A stretch of 64,000 nt of DNA, taken from Octopus sinensis (lineage: Eukaryota). Below, one piece after another: positions 26,608 through 40,800 of the stretch. The stretch covers positions 96,720,001-96,784,000 of the forward strand of contig NC_042999.1 of assembly GCF_006345805.1 (NCBI RefSeq). Direction: 5' to 3'. Numbering within the stretch: position 1 is the first letter of the stretch; every line of letters begins with the position of its first letter. Under the pieces are notes generated by a model. The model did not search any database. It had not been told where the DNA came from and saw only the letters and a program-made list of their open reading frames with translations. The position numbers and the translations under genes were made by a program.

Positions 26608-27214
26608 GTACGCACGATTGATTTGCTCTTTTTCATTAATAATGTTTTCGTATCTTATTATTAATCTGTTATGTTTAACTTAAAAGAGTAAAGTTTCGAG
26701 ATCTATCATATATATCTCATCGATTTTATCTTTATAATGTGGCTGCTTAGTAGTGTTCATTATTGCATTTTGCCATTTTTGGCAACAAGGATCACTGAAA
26801 TGAGGTGACTGATGTCGCCATCACCAAATTTAAAATGATAACTTGTTAGCGCCAAGATATTTTTAGCAGTCAGTAACTGCTTTATTTTTTGACTTAAGTG
26901 TTGTATACGTATTTAAATATTTGTTATATATTTTTCTACTAATAAAGCTTCTGTAGCTTAATGTTCTAGTCTTCTGAGAAATTCTATTTGTGATGTTTGC
27001 GTTATCAAAGTTTGTTTTCCTATCTGTTTTCGTCCTGCATTATAATGTTTCGCGTATTCTATAATATTCTATAATACAATGGAATAGTTATATAGCGAAT
27101 AGTTCGACTTCTACCAGTTTATTCACCAGTAGAGCAGTGTCAATGATCGGAAATTTGTGAAGCTTAAAGAGCAAAGACATCCATGAAGTTAATGTAATTA
27201 TATTCTTTGTCCGG

Positions 27215-27425
27215 CATACAGCTAACAGAATCGTTACCACACTGGGCGAAATGCTTAGCGGAATTTCGCCCGGCTTTGTGTTCTAAGTTTAAATTTCGCT
27301 GGGGTCGACTTTGCTTTTCATCTATTCGGAGTCGATAAAATAGGTACCAGTTGAACACTGGGGTTGATTTAATCGACCTAATCCCTCCCCGAAATTACTG
27401 GCCTTGTGCCAAATTTCGAAACCAA
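27215..27425 (+). mobile_element. SINE family A
   Basis: Same consensus as the other copies. Confidence 0.85.
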
Positions 27426-27479
27426 TATAATTGTACCCTTTGTCATGTATTAAGCGCGCTATTTTTGTTCATTATAAAC

Positions 27480-27637
27480 AATATAAATATATATATACAT
27501 ACATACATACATACATACATACACACACACACTCACACACATACATACATACATACATGCATACATACATACATACATACATACATACATACATACATAC
27601 ATACATACATACATACATACATACATACATACATACG

Positions 27638-27679
<42 letters not shown>

Positions 27680-27690
27680 AATATATATAT
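27480..27690. repeat. (CATA)n microsatellite
   Basis: Direct reading. Confidence 0.95.
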
Positions 27691-27699
27691 ATTAGCTCA

Positions 27700-28600
27700 G
27701 ACTTTGGTGGGGGCAACCAGATCGAACAGTCTCGAGTGTAGCTGCCCGAAACTGTAAGGATATCTGGTAACTTGACTGACGAAAGAAGGCCACGGATGAC
27801 CCATCCTTTTTTTCCCTGTCCTTCTAATTGTTGTTTTTCCTGTCCGCCTTTCTATCGTCTATCCGACCGAATGCTTTATTGTCCTCTATTGCGTTTTTGT
27901 TCCATTTTTTATATTTATATATACCTATAGCGGCGTACCTATACCTTTGCTCACCTTATAGTAAATATGTATCTAAATTTTGTACCATTCTTTTACTCTG
28001 TCTTTTAGTCCCCTCTTACTTTCTTCCTCTTTTCTTTTTCTCGCTCCCGCTCTCTCAACTTTCTTGGTCCTCTCTTTAACACCCACTTTTCCTCCTCGTT
28101 TACCTCCCCTATACCTTTCCTTTCGTCTCTGATTTTTTATCTAATCCTTCCATCGCGCTGCCCCCTATCCCTCTCTCCTTCTACGTGACCGGTGTTCGGC
28201 CAGCCATGATCTTTCTTTCTTGGCCTGACTGCCAACACCTCTTAGGTCCATCTATGTTCCTGCCTTAAGGTTTTCACTTTATACACGCCAGTTCAATTTG
28301 ATTTGTCGTCAATCGAAAGACACCTGTTGTTATAATCTTGTTGTTTGTATTTGTAATTGTGTACCATGTTCTCCGTTTTAGTCTTTGTTGTCGCACACAT
28401 TTGCTAGCTTTCTTGCAAAAACTTTAATGCTCTTAACTTAGACGTTTTGGGGGGCAACAGTCTCAAGTATAACTGTCCGAAACTGTAAGGACATGTGGTA
28501 ACTTGACTGACAAAAGAAAGGCTACGAATGACCCGTCCTTTTTTTCCTGTCTGCTTTTGTATCGTCTACCTGTCCGGTTGCTTTATTGTTCTATCAATGC
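27700..28600 (+). repeat. PLE pLTR-like unit with terminal direct repeat (~735 bp period)
   Basis: GGGGCAAC..CCGAAACTGTAAGGA..GGTAACTTGACTGAC..ATGACCC occurs at ~27709-27805 and ~28449-28540; related to 55440-56260. Confidence 0.5.
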
Positions 28601-28967
28601 AACCCGGCGTTGCCATGATGTTATGATCTACAAGCACATTGCATTATTTGCTCCTTTTTTCATGGGCAGCATCGGGCCAGCTGATATATAGTTAATGGAA
28701 TAATGGAAGTTATTTTTTGCTTAATAGTGAAGGGCGAGGGTACAATTTGCATAGCTTTGCATGAAAGTGCTTTCTGCTCTTACGAAGGATCAGAAACTAT
28801 ATATTGTTTCATCGTATAAAAGGGGGTTAATACGATTTTGTCCAGAAATCACGCTTTCAAACTTTTAATTTCCCTCTATTCCCACCACAATTTCTTAATT
28901 TGTAACTTGTTTTCAATTTTTCTTTGCTGATATCTACGCAGAAAAATACAGACATTACGAATCTGGG

Positions 28968-29409
<442 letters not shown>

Positions 29410-30832
29410 TATAGTTTAATTTTTCTTAAAGAAACACCCAATTATTTCTGAAGAAACTTCCCTGCTTTCCGAAAAAGCTATGAGTGAAACATTGGGAGTG
29501 TGTAGCTTTCTGAAAGTGGTGAGGTGATGGGTAAAATTCTTAAAGATTCGTACTCTCTGTTTTTCTTTTCTCTAGAAATTACCAAGAATAAAAATTTGAA
29601 ACAAGTAAAAAATTAATTCGGTGTGCAGAGGGAGAAAATTAAATTATTGAGAACGTGCTTTGTGTTTGAAATCCTAATCTCCTGTATCTCAAACATAGGA
29701 ATCGGAAGAAATTTAGGGAAAAAAAAATAATAAGTGGTGACGGAAATGTCACCTCGGACATGCTAGAAAGAAGAAGTAAACGACAGGATTTGGGGGAAAA
29801 CTTATCTTTAAGTTTATACCGAAGATCAGGTTTTTAAATACGCTCATCACAAACATAGATTAAACACTAGTAAAAGATCATTTCTATTGGGTTTGAGCAG
29901 AAAATTTGCATGTGCACACTGCAACAATTAACATAATTCGCACAGAACTTTTACCTAGAGTGTGTGTATGCATGTGTGTGTGTGTCAAAGGAAGTTATTT
30001 TATGGCATTCTTTCATTTGAAGAAGCAAAGTTGTTAATTCGACATATTTGGGATCATATGATTGTTTTTTAATTTCTGTAAAATTGTTTTAATTTCTATA
30101 TACTTTGGAGTGAGCAGAAATTGAAAGAGAGGAAAAGTGAAAAGGCGACATTTGCTTTGAAGTGAGAGAAGAAAGTGAGAGATAGGAGAAAGTACATAAA
30201 TGGAAGGAGGTAAAGAATACGCACACCACCTGTTTTCGGCGTAACCTTAACCCTAAACACCGGGAGTACGTATTCTTGACCTTCGTCCATAAATACATAT
30301 GCATACATCTTTTTTGTGTTTCATCATAAAATGTAGAAAAATTTATGTATTTTAATGCAAATTTTTTTGGTTGTGGTTTATTTAAATACAATATTTATGA
30401 GTACATTTTCATAAATGTTTGTCTGAGTAGAATTCTACGCATGTGTGAAACATCGGACGAAAGTGATACATTAGAAGCAAATATTGGCCGAAAATGAACT
30501 CGAAACTGTGCGACCCAACCTAGTTGCCGAGGTTATTTTAATTATAAAAAGAGTTATTGAGTGAAAAACATAGTTTATTTGGTAGATAGATACAAAGCAG
30601 CTTTCTTTGTTATAATACACGTGTGGATTAATTCGGAGAAACATTACTTTCATTATTTACAAATCGTCACTCTCGTAATGCAACACTTTGTAATTTTGGT
30701 TCAAATTGAAAGTGTGAAACTATTTTCATTTTGTAATGAGACCTGGTCGTTGTAGAGAATTGTATTTGAGATAACTATAGCTGGTTATTGAGATAACGTA
30801 GAAAATATGTGAATGAAAATAAAGTTTATTTG

Positions 30833-30889
<57 letters not shown>

Positions 30890-30899
30890 TATATATATA

Positions 30900-31850
30900 C
30901 AGGAGTTGGACAAAATAATGGAAACACCTTGAAATATCTATAAAACCGCCAAAAGCTTGTTTATTTTTATGGGTTTTTTTAATTTATTATTAGTGTTGCT
31001 TAATATGTTTTGCTAAAATTGCTGTTTCTTTTCAGATATCATCAGGAAATGGTAATTAATATTCATTAAAATTTCATATCTATCAGACCTTCAAGGAAAT
31101 CAAATTATTGGTGCTCTTATGGCAAGCGCTAGCGTCACGAAAACAGGCGAAATGCTTGGTGTAATAAGAAGTACTGTCTTGAGAGTAATGACAGAGAAAG
31201 AGGGGTAAACATTCTCGTCGAAACAAAACTCCGGAAGAAAACCAAAACTTTCAGACTCTCAGGCGAATTGCTAGAAAGGATCACAAAAGTACAGCTCCCA
31301 AATTTTACTGCAGAGCTTAATGACCACCTCCAGAACCCAGTTTCCACAAAAGCCGTTCGCTGGGAGCTGCACAAAGACGGATTTCACGGGAGGCTTGCAA
31401 TCAGAAAACCACTACTTTCAAAAACGAACGTTGCAAAGCGTTTAGAGTAAAAACCAACAGAATTGCTCCCTGAAGCAGAGGAAGAATGTTATTATCTCGT
31501 CATCCTTTACCTTATTTCCGATCACCGGTCGAGTATACGTGTGGAGGCAGCCAAAAGAAGTACTTGACCCAGACTGCCTTCTTCCAACTGTTAAACATGG
31601 AGGAGGGTCTGCGATGATTTGGGGCTATCTGCGAAATCCGCCGGCACAATGGTTTCTCTTCATGCCAGAATTTATGGTGCATTTCAGAAAAACAAGTAAG
31701 GAGTCGATATCCTCCAGCATCATCACTACAAGAACTGGAGACTGTTGTAACTGAAGAATGGACAAATTCCTTTGATAACAATTCAAACTTTGTACGAGTC
31801 TATACCTCGTAGAATTCAAGCTGTAATTACTGCCAAAGGCGGTCCCACCA
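30900..31850 (+). mobile_element. Tc1-like DNA transposon, internally deleted, right TIR missing
   Basis: TA|CAGGAGTTGGACAAAATAATGGAAACACC left end; TAELNDHLQNPVSTKAVRWELHK.GFHGRLAIRKPLL; VKHGGGSAMIWG; C-terminal SIPRRIQAVITAKGGPT. Confidence 0.88.
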
Positions 31851-32140
31851 TAACTCGGGTATACGATGAGCTGAAATGATAGCGAAATATCGATATACGC
31901 CGTTATCCTCACCTACGGGGCAATTAGTTTTGAGGCATTCAATATTTTCTCGCACTTGATATTTTAAAGGGCTCTTCCCTGGGCAAAATTCCGCAGCTAA
32001 TAAGTGTTTAAACAAAAACACATACAGTGTGTAACATCAATAATGTCTTCCTTATTAGAGTTGCCTCTAATTCAAAATTTAATTATATATAGAGAGAGGT
32101 TTATATATAGAGATTTATATAGAGAGATTTGATTTGAACC

Positions 32141-32209
<69 letters not shown>

Positions 32210-32408
32210 TATATATAAATGAGTGTATTTTACCTTGTTAACAATTAACACGGATAAATGAATGAATAGTTACCAGGGCAGCAAAAATCTCACAAGTAAA
32301 GATGTTGTAACTCCTTGTTTATAAAGGTTGAAACTTCGTGTTTACGTTGAATATTTGAATAATAGGAATAAAAAATGGAGTTAACGCAGGTTTAAACAAG
32401 TATTATTT

Positions 32409-32493
32409 CTTTCTACATATGTTTCAAAAATTCCACTGATACTTATTCAAAAGAATAAAAGGTATAAACAATGCAATCTTCTCTTCGGGAAAG
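32409..32493 (-). ncRNA. Hammerhead-like ribozyme, CCGAAGA core (inverted pLTR copy)
   Basis: Same fold as 18500-18585. Confidence 0.65.
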
Positions 32494-32696
32494 TGAAAAA
32501 AACGAAACTTGTCAATACGACATTTTAGCAAAAAATGATGGATTCGTATAGCGATAGACAGAACGCTATTAATATTGTTTAAAAAAACGTTATATGATAT
32601 AACGTCATAAGTAGCAAACAGAAAGAGTAGGGATATTAATAGTGAATGTTAAATATAAAGGAAATTAAAGTCTAAACTATATATAAAGACTATTAT

Positions 32697-34619
32697 TTGG
32701 AATTACTTGAAAAAGAAATTCAGAAAAAGTATAAAATTGCTGATAAAAGAATACTTAAGAAAGCCAACATCGAGGCTATGAAAATCATGGAGAAATATAA
32801 CCTACAAATGAAGACAGAACCACTTGTTCCTAAGCAACCTAGGTTTATTTTGAAGGATCACAAACCAAATTTTTTTACTAACCCATCATTAAGGCTTATC
32901 TGCCCTTCTAGCTCTGACATCGGTATCCTTAGTAAAAATATACTAGATAAATATATTCCTAATCTAATCAAAACATTAAAACGTAGTTTATGGAGTAATT
33001 CATTTGACGTAGTTGACTGGTTTAGGTCTATTAACAGTAAGGTGAGTACGAAGTTTATCCAGTTTGATATTTCCAATTTTTATTCGTCTATTAATCCAAT
33101 AGTACTTAATAAGGCACTTTGGCTTGCTCACAACAAAGCTGGTCTCACCCGAGAAGAAATTAATGTTGTGTTGGCAGCCAGAAGATCTATTATTAAATTT
33201 GATGATAAGTTGTGGTCCGTAAAGACACACCAGATAGTTTCGATATACCTATGGGAAGTTCTGATTCAGCACAGATAGCTGATTTGGTCTGTATATATAT
33301 TCTTTTTGAAATGGCTGAAGAGTTCCCTAACATTTATGGAGGTCTATATCGTGATGATTGTTTACTTTACCTCCAAAATGTTTCTAACCAAAAGGTACAA
33401 AAAGTTAAGAACAGTTTAGTTAATTTTTTCAGTAGAATGGGCTTAAAAATCGTTTTTGATGACGATCTGACGAAGGCCAACTTTTTAGATATTACGCTTA
33501 ATTCACACAGTGGTTCTTACTTCCCATATCATAAACCGTTGACCAATCTTAAGTACATTAGCAAATTTAGTAATCATCCTGGAGCAATTACTAAGAATTT
33601 AGTTAAGAATATTTCATTTAGATTATCTAAATTATCTGCTAATGTTGATATTTTCAATAATAACGCTGAATTCTATAACTCTGCCTTAATCAAAGTAGGT
33701 TATACAGAAAAAATTGTCTACATTGATTCTGCTCAGTCTAATTGTAAATTCAATAATGTAGATAAGATTTCTAGTCGTAAAAGAATTATTGATAACAAAC
33801 ATAACTTACGCACCGATACAAAGCGAATGAAGGCAGATAACCCTTATTTATTCCCCTATTACCGATCTAAAAGTAAATATAACACCTTCAAAAGTAATTA
33901 CGCTATGAATACTAGTAAAAATATTTGGTTAATAATTCCTTACGGGAGACAAATTAAATCTAATCTCCCACTGCTGTTTCGTCAAGCTATTGCTAGGAAT
34001 TTTCCAAATAATTCTAGATATTACTCTATAATTAATTCACATAAGGTTAGGATAGGTTTTTCAAACACAAAAAAATCTCTTGCAAATTATATCTTCTCAT
34101 AATAACAAACTGTTAAATATTAATACATTTACTAATACTAACATTAATTTAGCTACTACCATCCAACCCTCTAGAAATATTAATAACAAGGTTATTGTAT
34201 CTGAAGTCAATCCCAATAGAATTAAATTTATGTCAAGTAACTCTAAGATTAAAAATTCTATATACCAGTGTATAATCAGTACTCGTAATAAAGTACGATT
34301 TTACATTGGAAGCACATCGTTAGAGTTATCTAAGAGAATCTCTATCCATTACTCAACATTTAGGGATAGAAATAAACGGAATAGTACCGGTCTCAGCAAA
34401 CTGATTTGGAATTTAAAAGACCACAATGAACAATTTCATTTGGAATGGTTGATCCTCTCAATTTCGATACCATATGACAAAGGCAAGAAATTCTGTCTTC
34501 TCTGCAATTCTGAGCTATTTTTCATTATTTTTTCTAAAAATACTCTAGTAAACACGGTTATAGAACGAGCATACAGATGTAAGCATTGGCAAAAACATAC
34601 TTTTAGTGCATATAAGTAG
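32697..34619 (+). pseudogene. PLE RT-GIY-YIG polyprotein split by two 1-bp frameshifts (~33215, ~34072)
   Basis: LKDHKPNF..LRLICP, FDISNFYSSI, PMGS.DSA.IADL, GLYRDD, FLDITL, YHKP..SNHP, SIYQC..FYIGST..KRISIH, CLLCNSE, and CKH. Confidence 0.92.
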
Positions 34620-34822
34620 TCTCTATCATTATATATAGTTTAGACTTTAATTTCCTTTATATTTAACATTCACTATTAATATCCCTACTCTTTCTGTTAG
34701 CTACTTATGACGTTATATCATATAACGTTTTTTTTAAACAATATTAATAGCGTTCTGTCTATCGCTATACGAATCCATCATTTTTTGCTAAAATGTCGTA
34801 TTGACAAGTTTCGTTTTTTTCA

Positions 34823-34907
34823 CTTTCCCGAAGAGAAAATTGCATTGTTTATACCTTTTATTCTTTCGAATAAGTATCAGTGGAATTTTTGAAACATATG
34901 TAGAAAG
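34823..34907 (+). ncRNA. Hammerhead-like ribozyme, CCGAAGA core (3' pLTR copy)
   Basis: CTTTC-CCGAAGA-GAAAATT...AATTTTT-GAA-ACATATGT-A-GAAAG. Confidence 0.65.
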
Positions 34908-34949
34908 AAATAATACTTGTTTAAACCTGCGTTAACTCCATTTTTTATT

Positions 34950-35020
<71 letters not shown>

Positions 35021-36607
35021 GGGGTCACATCAAATCTCTTTTGGGGCCTCACTATATTATATAAGACAAATTATTGAAATGATATTCGCTTTGAGAGAAG
35101 ATAAACAAACGTCTGATGGTTATTGCGAACAACATTGAGAAATTTACATTCCATGAATTAAAAGACATTGTGTATTTTCTGAAACGAATGAACTCTTTTA
35201 CACTTGGACTGGTTGATTGTGGCCTTGCTGGGGCACCGCTTTATATATCTCTCCCTAGATGCACATGTGTGTGCGTGTGTACGTGTGTGTGTGTGTGTGT
35301 GTGTTTATGCGTGTGTGTGTGTGTGTGTGTGCGAGAGAGAGAGAGAAATTGCACTGGCATATATCAGTTTTTGTTTTTTGGAAATTAGATATCAAAAAGG
35401 CTGCTTGGTCACTGAATGGAAGCATCGAAAAGGAAATTAGTATTGCCCCAACGTTGAACAGTATTCATTTATTCATTTCGGAGCTGAAGACGGCATGACT
35501 ATGTCAAGAAAAATAGCTGAAGAAATAACCAATAAAACATTGAGTTTGCCATATGAAAGAAGGGCAACGATAGTATGGATAGAAAGAAGAAATATTTTGC
35601 ATTAAGATTATACTTTTGAGGAAAATAAGACCAATATAAAATAGTGCTGTTGTAGTCTTCAAACTCATGTCATCTTTGATCGAGGAGATATGTATAAAAG
35701 TGACGGTGGTCGAGAGTTCAAACCTCCCGGCAAAATAGAAAGCAAAACAGAATGCTTTTTAGAAATGATACGTTAAACGGATGAAAGCGAAAACTTACAA
35801 TATCTATCCTGTATGTGATAAAGAAATGTACAAGCCATAATAGATGAATATCAAATTGTTCATTTTACCCCGTATAACATAAATGAACAAAAAGAGATGT
35901 GGCGTTTATTCATTTTACCCGGGAGCTTTCATTTCACCAAAAGCTTTCTCTTTTGCCGTATGTGCAGTGGTAGGATTGAATTTTCCACCGACCAGCACTG
36001 CAAATGCATTCTAACGGAGAACATCGCATCTTATTTCTTATTAGTACAGTGTATCCAATAAGACAGTTCTCTTTTTTACAAGATGATGGAGTGTTATACG
36101 AAAACAATATTTAACTGTTATTCCTGACTATGCAGTTGCTCCCTTACGCCATTATTGTTGTTGTTTAGCATCAATAAAACTTAGAAAGGATTTATGCCCT
36201 ATAGCATTCCAGCCATGACCACCTTGTCTCTGGTAACTATGTATGTAGGATTACATTCTTCAATGTGATCATTCTTTTCTTAAGATGGTAGAATGAGATC
36301 TGGTGGTGGGAAGGAGATTTGACTGCTGTTTCTACCAATTCAAATAACTGCATAAAGGCTCGTTTGTTGTCTCATCCTTTGTGGTGTTGATACAATACAT
36401 ATGGCGTTGTGTAAGTGATAACCCGTTTACTTCATAAAAAGGGAATCGTGTAAGGGCAGACGGCGTATTGCTGTTAAACACAGGGTGGTATACACGGCCA
36501 AAATACTGATGTAGATAAACACAAAATGAAACATCTTAACGAGATAGGGAGGGATACTGTGTTAGAACCCACTCACACTCTTTATCTTTCCGACCTGTTT
36601 ACTGCAC

Positions 36608-36614
36608 TCACTCA

Positions 36615-36654
<40 letters not shown>

Positions 36655-36711
36655 TACTACACCGACGTTTTAAATTTCTATCATTAGTTCTCTCTCTCTT
36701 TTTCTCTCTTC

Positions 36712-36754
<43 letters not shown>

Positions 36755-37515
36755 CTCCTTTCCCTCTCTTCCTCTTCTGCCGTTTCTCTCCCGCAAAACA
36801 CCGCAGGAGTACCTATCACCGCTCTTTCTCCCTACAAGCCCCTTCTAACAAAATGTATATATATCTCCCTCTCCACAAATGTATATATATCTCCCTCTCC
36901 ACAAATGCACATTTCACTACTACCCTCTTCCCATATTTACAACAACCCCCACCACCCACCCTTCTCCCCTCATTCCGTTTTTCTTCATTCTATCTCTTCA
37001 TTCTCCTCAGACGACGACGACGGCGACGATTCTTAGCCTTACCCCTGACAACGAACATCTATCTCCTTACAATCACATATCCTAAGCAGCTACCGAATCC
37101 CCATCTTTATCCTCTATTCATCTGCCCCATCTCATATATCCCCTACCACACCCATTCTATTTTCCCATCCCACCCCGTCAGAACCCAAAGCCTTCCAATC
37201 TTCTCCGATCCAACAAACAACATTCTTTTCGCTGTTTCCCTACTCACCTCTCCTTCTTCACTTACAAATCTAACATCACCACCCCCACCATCACATTCCA
37301 CCACCCCTTACTTACCCTAACCGTATCAATAACCTTAAGCAGAACTTTAACCCTAACCTTTCCCAAGCAACAAACATATCCTTCACCCACCTGCTCCATT
37401 CGCTTCTTTCTCCTCTTCCCTTCCCTTTCGCCACGTATATTTCTTCTGTTCCCCTGCCGCAGGTTCTCCTTGTTTCTCATCCCTATTTGTAAACATGTTT
37501 ATGTGAGAAGAGAAA

Positions 37516-37555
<40 letters not shown>

Positions 37556-37830
37556 GTGTGTACGCGTGTGTGTGTGTGTGCGTGTGTGTATGTGGGTGAG
37601 AGAGAGAGAGAGAGAGAGAGTCAGACGGTGTGAGTGTGTGTGTGCGCGCGAGCGCGTATATGGCTTCATGTGTGCGTGCATGTGCAATGTGTGTGTGTGC
37701 ATATGTGTGTGTGCTCACGCGCATGTGTATATGTGTGTGCGTGCGGATATGTATGTGTGCGTGCTGACATGTGCGTGTGCGCGCGTGTATCTATGTGCAT
37801 GTGTGTATGTGTATATGTGTGTGTGTGTGC
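36608..37830. repeat. (CA)n/(CT)n, C-rich tract and compound (GT)n/(GA)n
   Basis: Strongly strand-skewed low-complexity region. Confidence 0.85.
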
Positions 37831-38250
37831 TAACAAAGCAAAATCAGCAAAAATACCAAAAATAAACAAGACAACCAGTAAAAATATTACGTTGTCCCAA
37901 AAGTTCGTAAACACTTGCGAAAATTGAATTTTTACTCGCCAAGTACTAACAAAAACAACAAAAATTATTCCTCAAAATAAAGACCATTATTTTCCAAGAC
38001 TTTCAACGAACTTTTGGGACAACCTTATAACAAATATAAACAACAACAACAATAACAATTATAGCAAAAACAGCAACATGTTAACAGCAACAACAAGACT
38101 ACAACAACAACCACAACAGCCATACTAGCAACAAAGAGAAGAACTTAACAACGGGACTAAACATAGGATCCAGAATAGCAAACCAAAGATCCCCAACAAA
38201 TGCAACAACAGCATCGGCATCAGCAACAATACCAGCAATAGTATCTATAA

Positions 38251-38426
38251 TCTTTTCTGCTACAGACGCATGGCCTGAAATTTTGTTTCTCGATCAACCC
38301 CACGGTTCAACTGGTACTTATTTTATAGATCCGGAAAGGGAGAAAAGCGAAGTCAACCTCGGCCGAATTTGAACTCAGAACATAAAGACTGGCGAAATGA
38401 CGCGTGCTAACGGTTCTGCTGGCTCA
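38251..38426 (-). mobile_element. SINE family A (degenerate)
   Basis: Consensus match. Confidence 0.75.
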
Positions 38427-38453
38427 ACAACAACAGCAACAACAACAATAATG

Positions 38454-38520
<67 letters not shown>

Positions 38521-38523
38521 TAA

Positions 38524-39070
38524 TTTCATTTATTTGCCACAAGGGCGAAGGATGAGGGTGACAATACAGAGACAGACATAAAGTATGGAGGTTTACATAT
38601 AATAATGAAATGATAAAAAAAAAGTAAGCATACAGGGTATACACTGAAAAAGAAGGAACATATGCATAGCATACAAAGGTAAAGAGAGAAAGGTAAAGGG
38701 GAAGATGATAGAGATGTGACCCTCTTGATACAGGAACGCCTCGAGAGAGAATCAAGGAACACCACTGTCCGAGAATTTCCTGAAACCCTAGGAGCAAATG
38801 CCCTCTCCAATTTCTTCTCTTCGATACACAGGTCTACACTTAGAGAGCTACCATCCACTCTTGCCATTTTCACAACTTTCACCCACCTTTCAGTAAACTC
38901 ACTCGAGAACAGCACTCCCCACTCCACCCTCAATTTCCTTTGCAAGTGAAACTTCTAAAAGTCAATGAGAGCCCTACCAAAGACGGCTTTCAGCCTTATC
39001 CACCAAACAACCTCTTTCGCCACAGCCATCAGGCAAAGGAAAACTGCCTTGCCTGTCCGGTTGAAGGAGA
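38524..39070 (-). mobile_element. Tx1/L1-clade LINE 3' fragment with AATAAA and (ATT)n tail
   Basis: Minus frame AVFLCLMAVAKEVVWWIRLK..F*KFHLQRKLRVE..ERWVKVVKMARV, then a pyrimidine-rich 3' UTR, AATAAA, and the repeat tail at 38445-38523. Confidence 0.65.
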
Positions 39071-39710
39071 AGGCTTGAAATTTGTGGCCTGAAAGTTGAT
39101 TACATCGATCCCAGTGCTTGTCTGGTATTTATTTCACTGACCCGGAAAGGATGAACAACAAAGTTGACCTTAGTGGAATTTGAACTCGGAAAGTAACGAC
39201 GGACGAAATGCCATTAAGTAATTTGCCCGGCGTCCTAACGGTTCTACCAGCTCAACGCCTAAGCAATAACATGAATAACCTTTTCTACTTCTACTATAGG
39301 CACGGTGCCTAAAATTTGTGGGGTGGCCTAGTCGATTACATTGACCCCAATATATTGACTAGTACTTATTTTTATCAGCCCCGGAAGGATGAAAGGTAAA
39401 GTCAACCATGGCGGCATTTGAACTCAGAAGTAAAGACTAACAAAACACTGCTAATCACTTTGCCTGGTGTGCTAACGATTCTGCTAACTCGCCACTTTCC
39501 TGATAATAATAATAATGGTCCTTTCGTTAATTAGTACAAAGACTGAAATTTTAAGGAGGGGGTGCTAGTCGATTACACCCACCCCAGTACATGACTGGTA
39601 CTTGTTTCACCGACCCCGAAAGGATGAAAGGCAAAGTTGACCTTTAAGGTATTTGAACTTATAACATAAAGCTGGAATATATGCGTGTTAACGATTCTGC
39701 CAGCTCGCAG
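39071..39710 (-). mobile_element. Three tandem co-oriented SINE family A copies
   Basis: Copies at ~39071-39260, 39281-39495 and 39520-39710. Confidence 0.85.
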
Positions 39711-40135
39711 CCTTTGCAATAACTTTAATAATAAGTGCAATAAGCAGCCGCATAAATACCAACATGAATCGCAACAGAAGTACAAAAACATAAGTAAGAA
39801 CAATAACAGCTGCAACTGTAATAGCAGCAACAATGACAGAAGTAGTAACAACGGCATTAGCATCAGTAATAGCTAGAATCGAAACTGCTGCAGTATTTAG
39901 TAATAAAAATTTCAAAAGTTCCAATAGCAGAAACATCGACAATTGTGTAAACAAAGGAAGCGAGCCAATTGACCTCTTTGTAAATTTGGCTTGTTAGGAT
40001 TAGCGACCAAATTTCAGCCAAACATACCCCACTGTCATAAAACAAGATGGTCATATCTAGTCCTAGACATATGCAAGAAAAAGTTGGCCATACATGTCTT
40101 TGATGACAGGTTTTCTCAGTTAGAGTTGACTCAAG

Positions 40136-40346
40136 GGTGGCGAGCCAGCAGAATCATCTGCACGCCGGGCAAAATGCTTAGCGACATTTCGTCCGCCTTT
40201 ACGTTCTGAGTTCAAATTTCGCCTAGGTCGACTTCGCCTTTCATCCCTTCGGGATCGATAAAATGAGTACTAGTTGAGCAGTGAAGTCGTTGTAATCTAC
40301 TTGACCTTTACCCAGAACTCGCTGGCCTTGTGCCAGAACTTGAAAC
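40136..40346 (+). mobile_element. SINE family A
   Basis: Consensus match with B-box GAGTTCAAATTTC. Confidence 0.85.
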
Positions 40347-40655
40347 AAATTAGAGTTGATTCGGGGTCAAGCGACAACAGACGCAGCAACAGTAATAGCA
40401 ACAGGAGCAGCAGAAGTAACAAGTGCGTTTATAAGATCCTTAATAGTAAGTTAGTGCACCAGTTTTCACGGCTTTCTTGTCAACCCCAATACATTGTATG
40501 GTACTTATTTTTTATGGACATTGTAGGATGACGAAATCCAAAGTCGATATAACGTAAAGGGAAATAATAGAAATGGAACTTAATACCAAAGCGTAATTTC
40601 ATTTACGAGATATCCGTATTTATGAAGAACAACAACAACGACGACGATGACGCCG

Positions 40656-40800
40656 AGAAGAAAAAGAAGAAGAAGAAGAAGAAGAAGAAGAAGAAGAAGA
40701 AGAAGAAGAAGAAGAAGAAGAAGAAGAAGAAGAAGAAGAAGAAGAAGAAGAAGAAGAAGAAGAAGAAGAAGAAGAAGAAGAAGAAGAAGAAGAAGAAGAA
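40656..40800. repeat. (GAA)n microsatellite
   Basis: Near-pure tract of about 145 bp. Confidence 0.97.

Larger units (their letters stand above)
32215..34952 (+). mobile_element. 5'-truncated Penelope-like element (Nematis-like) with inverted pLTR, in (TA)n
   Basis: RT and GIY-YIG ORFs; 32221-32687 is the reverse complement of the 3' pLTR; TA tracts at both flanks. Confidence 0.9.

Noticed and set aside
30250-30270. Interstitial telomere-like AACCTTAACCCTAA (also ~37340-37360)
   Set aside because: Only one or two degenerate units; within chance.
32697-34619. Selenocysteine (UGA read-through) or N-terminal-endonuclease (Naiad-type) organisation
   Set aside because: The breaks are frameshifts, not in-frame TGA, and GIY-YIG is C-terminal.
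39071-39710. Regularly spaced repeats resembling a CRISPR-like array (also 59729-60312)
   Set aside because: These are ~200-bp diverged SINE copies, not short identical repeats with unique spacers; no cas genes, and the context is eukaryotic.
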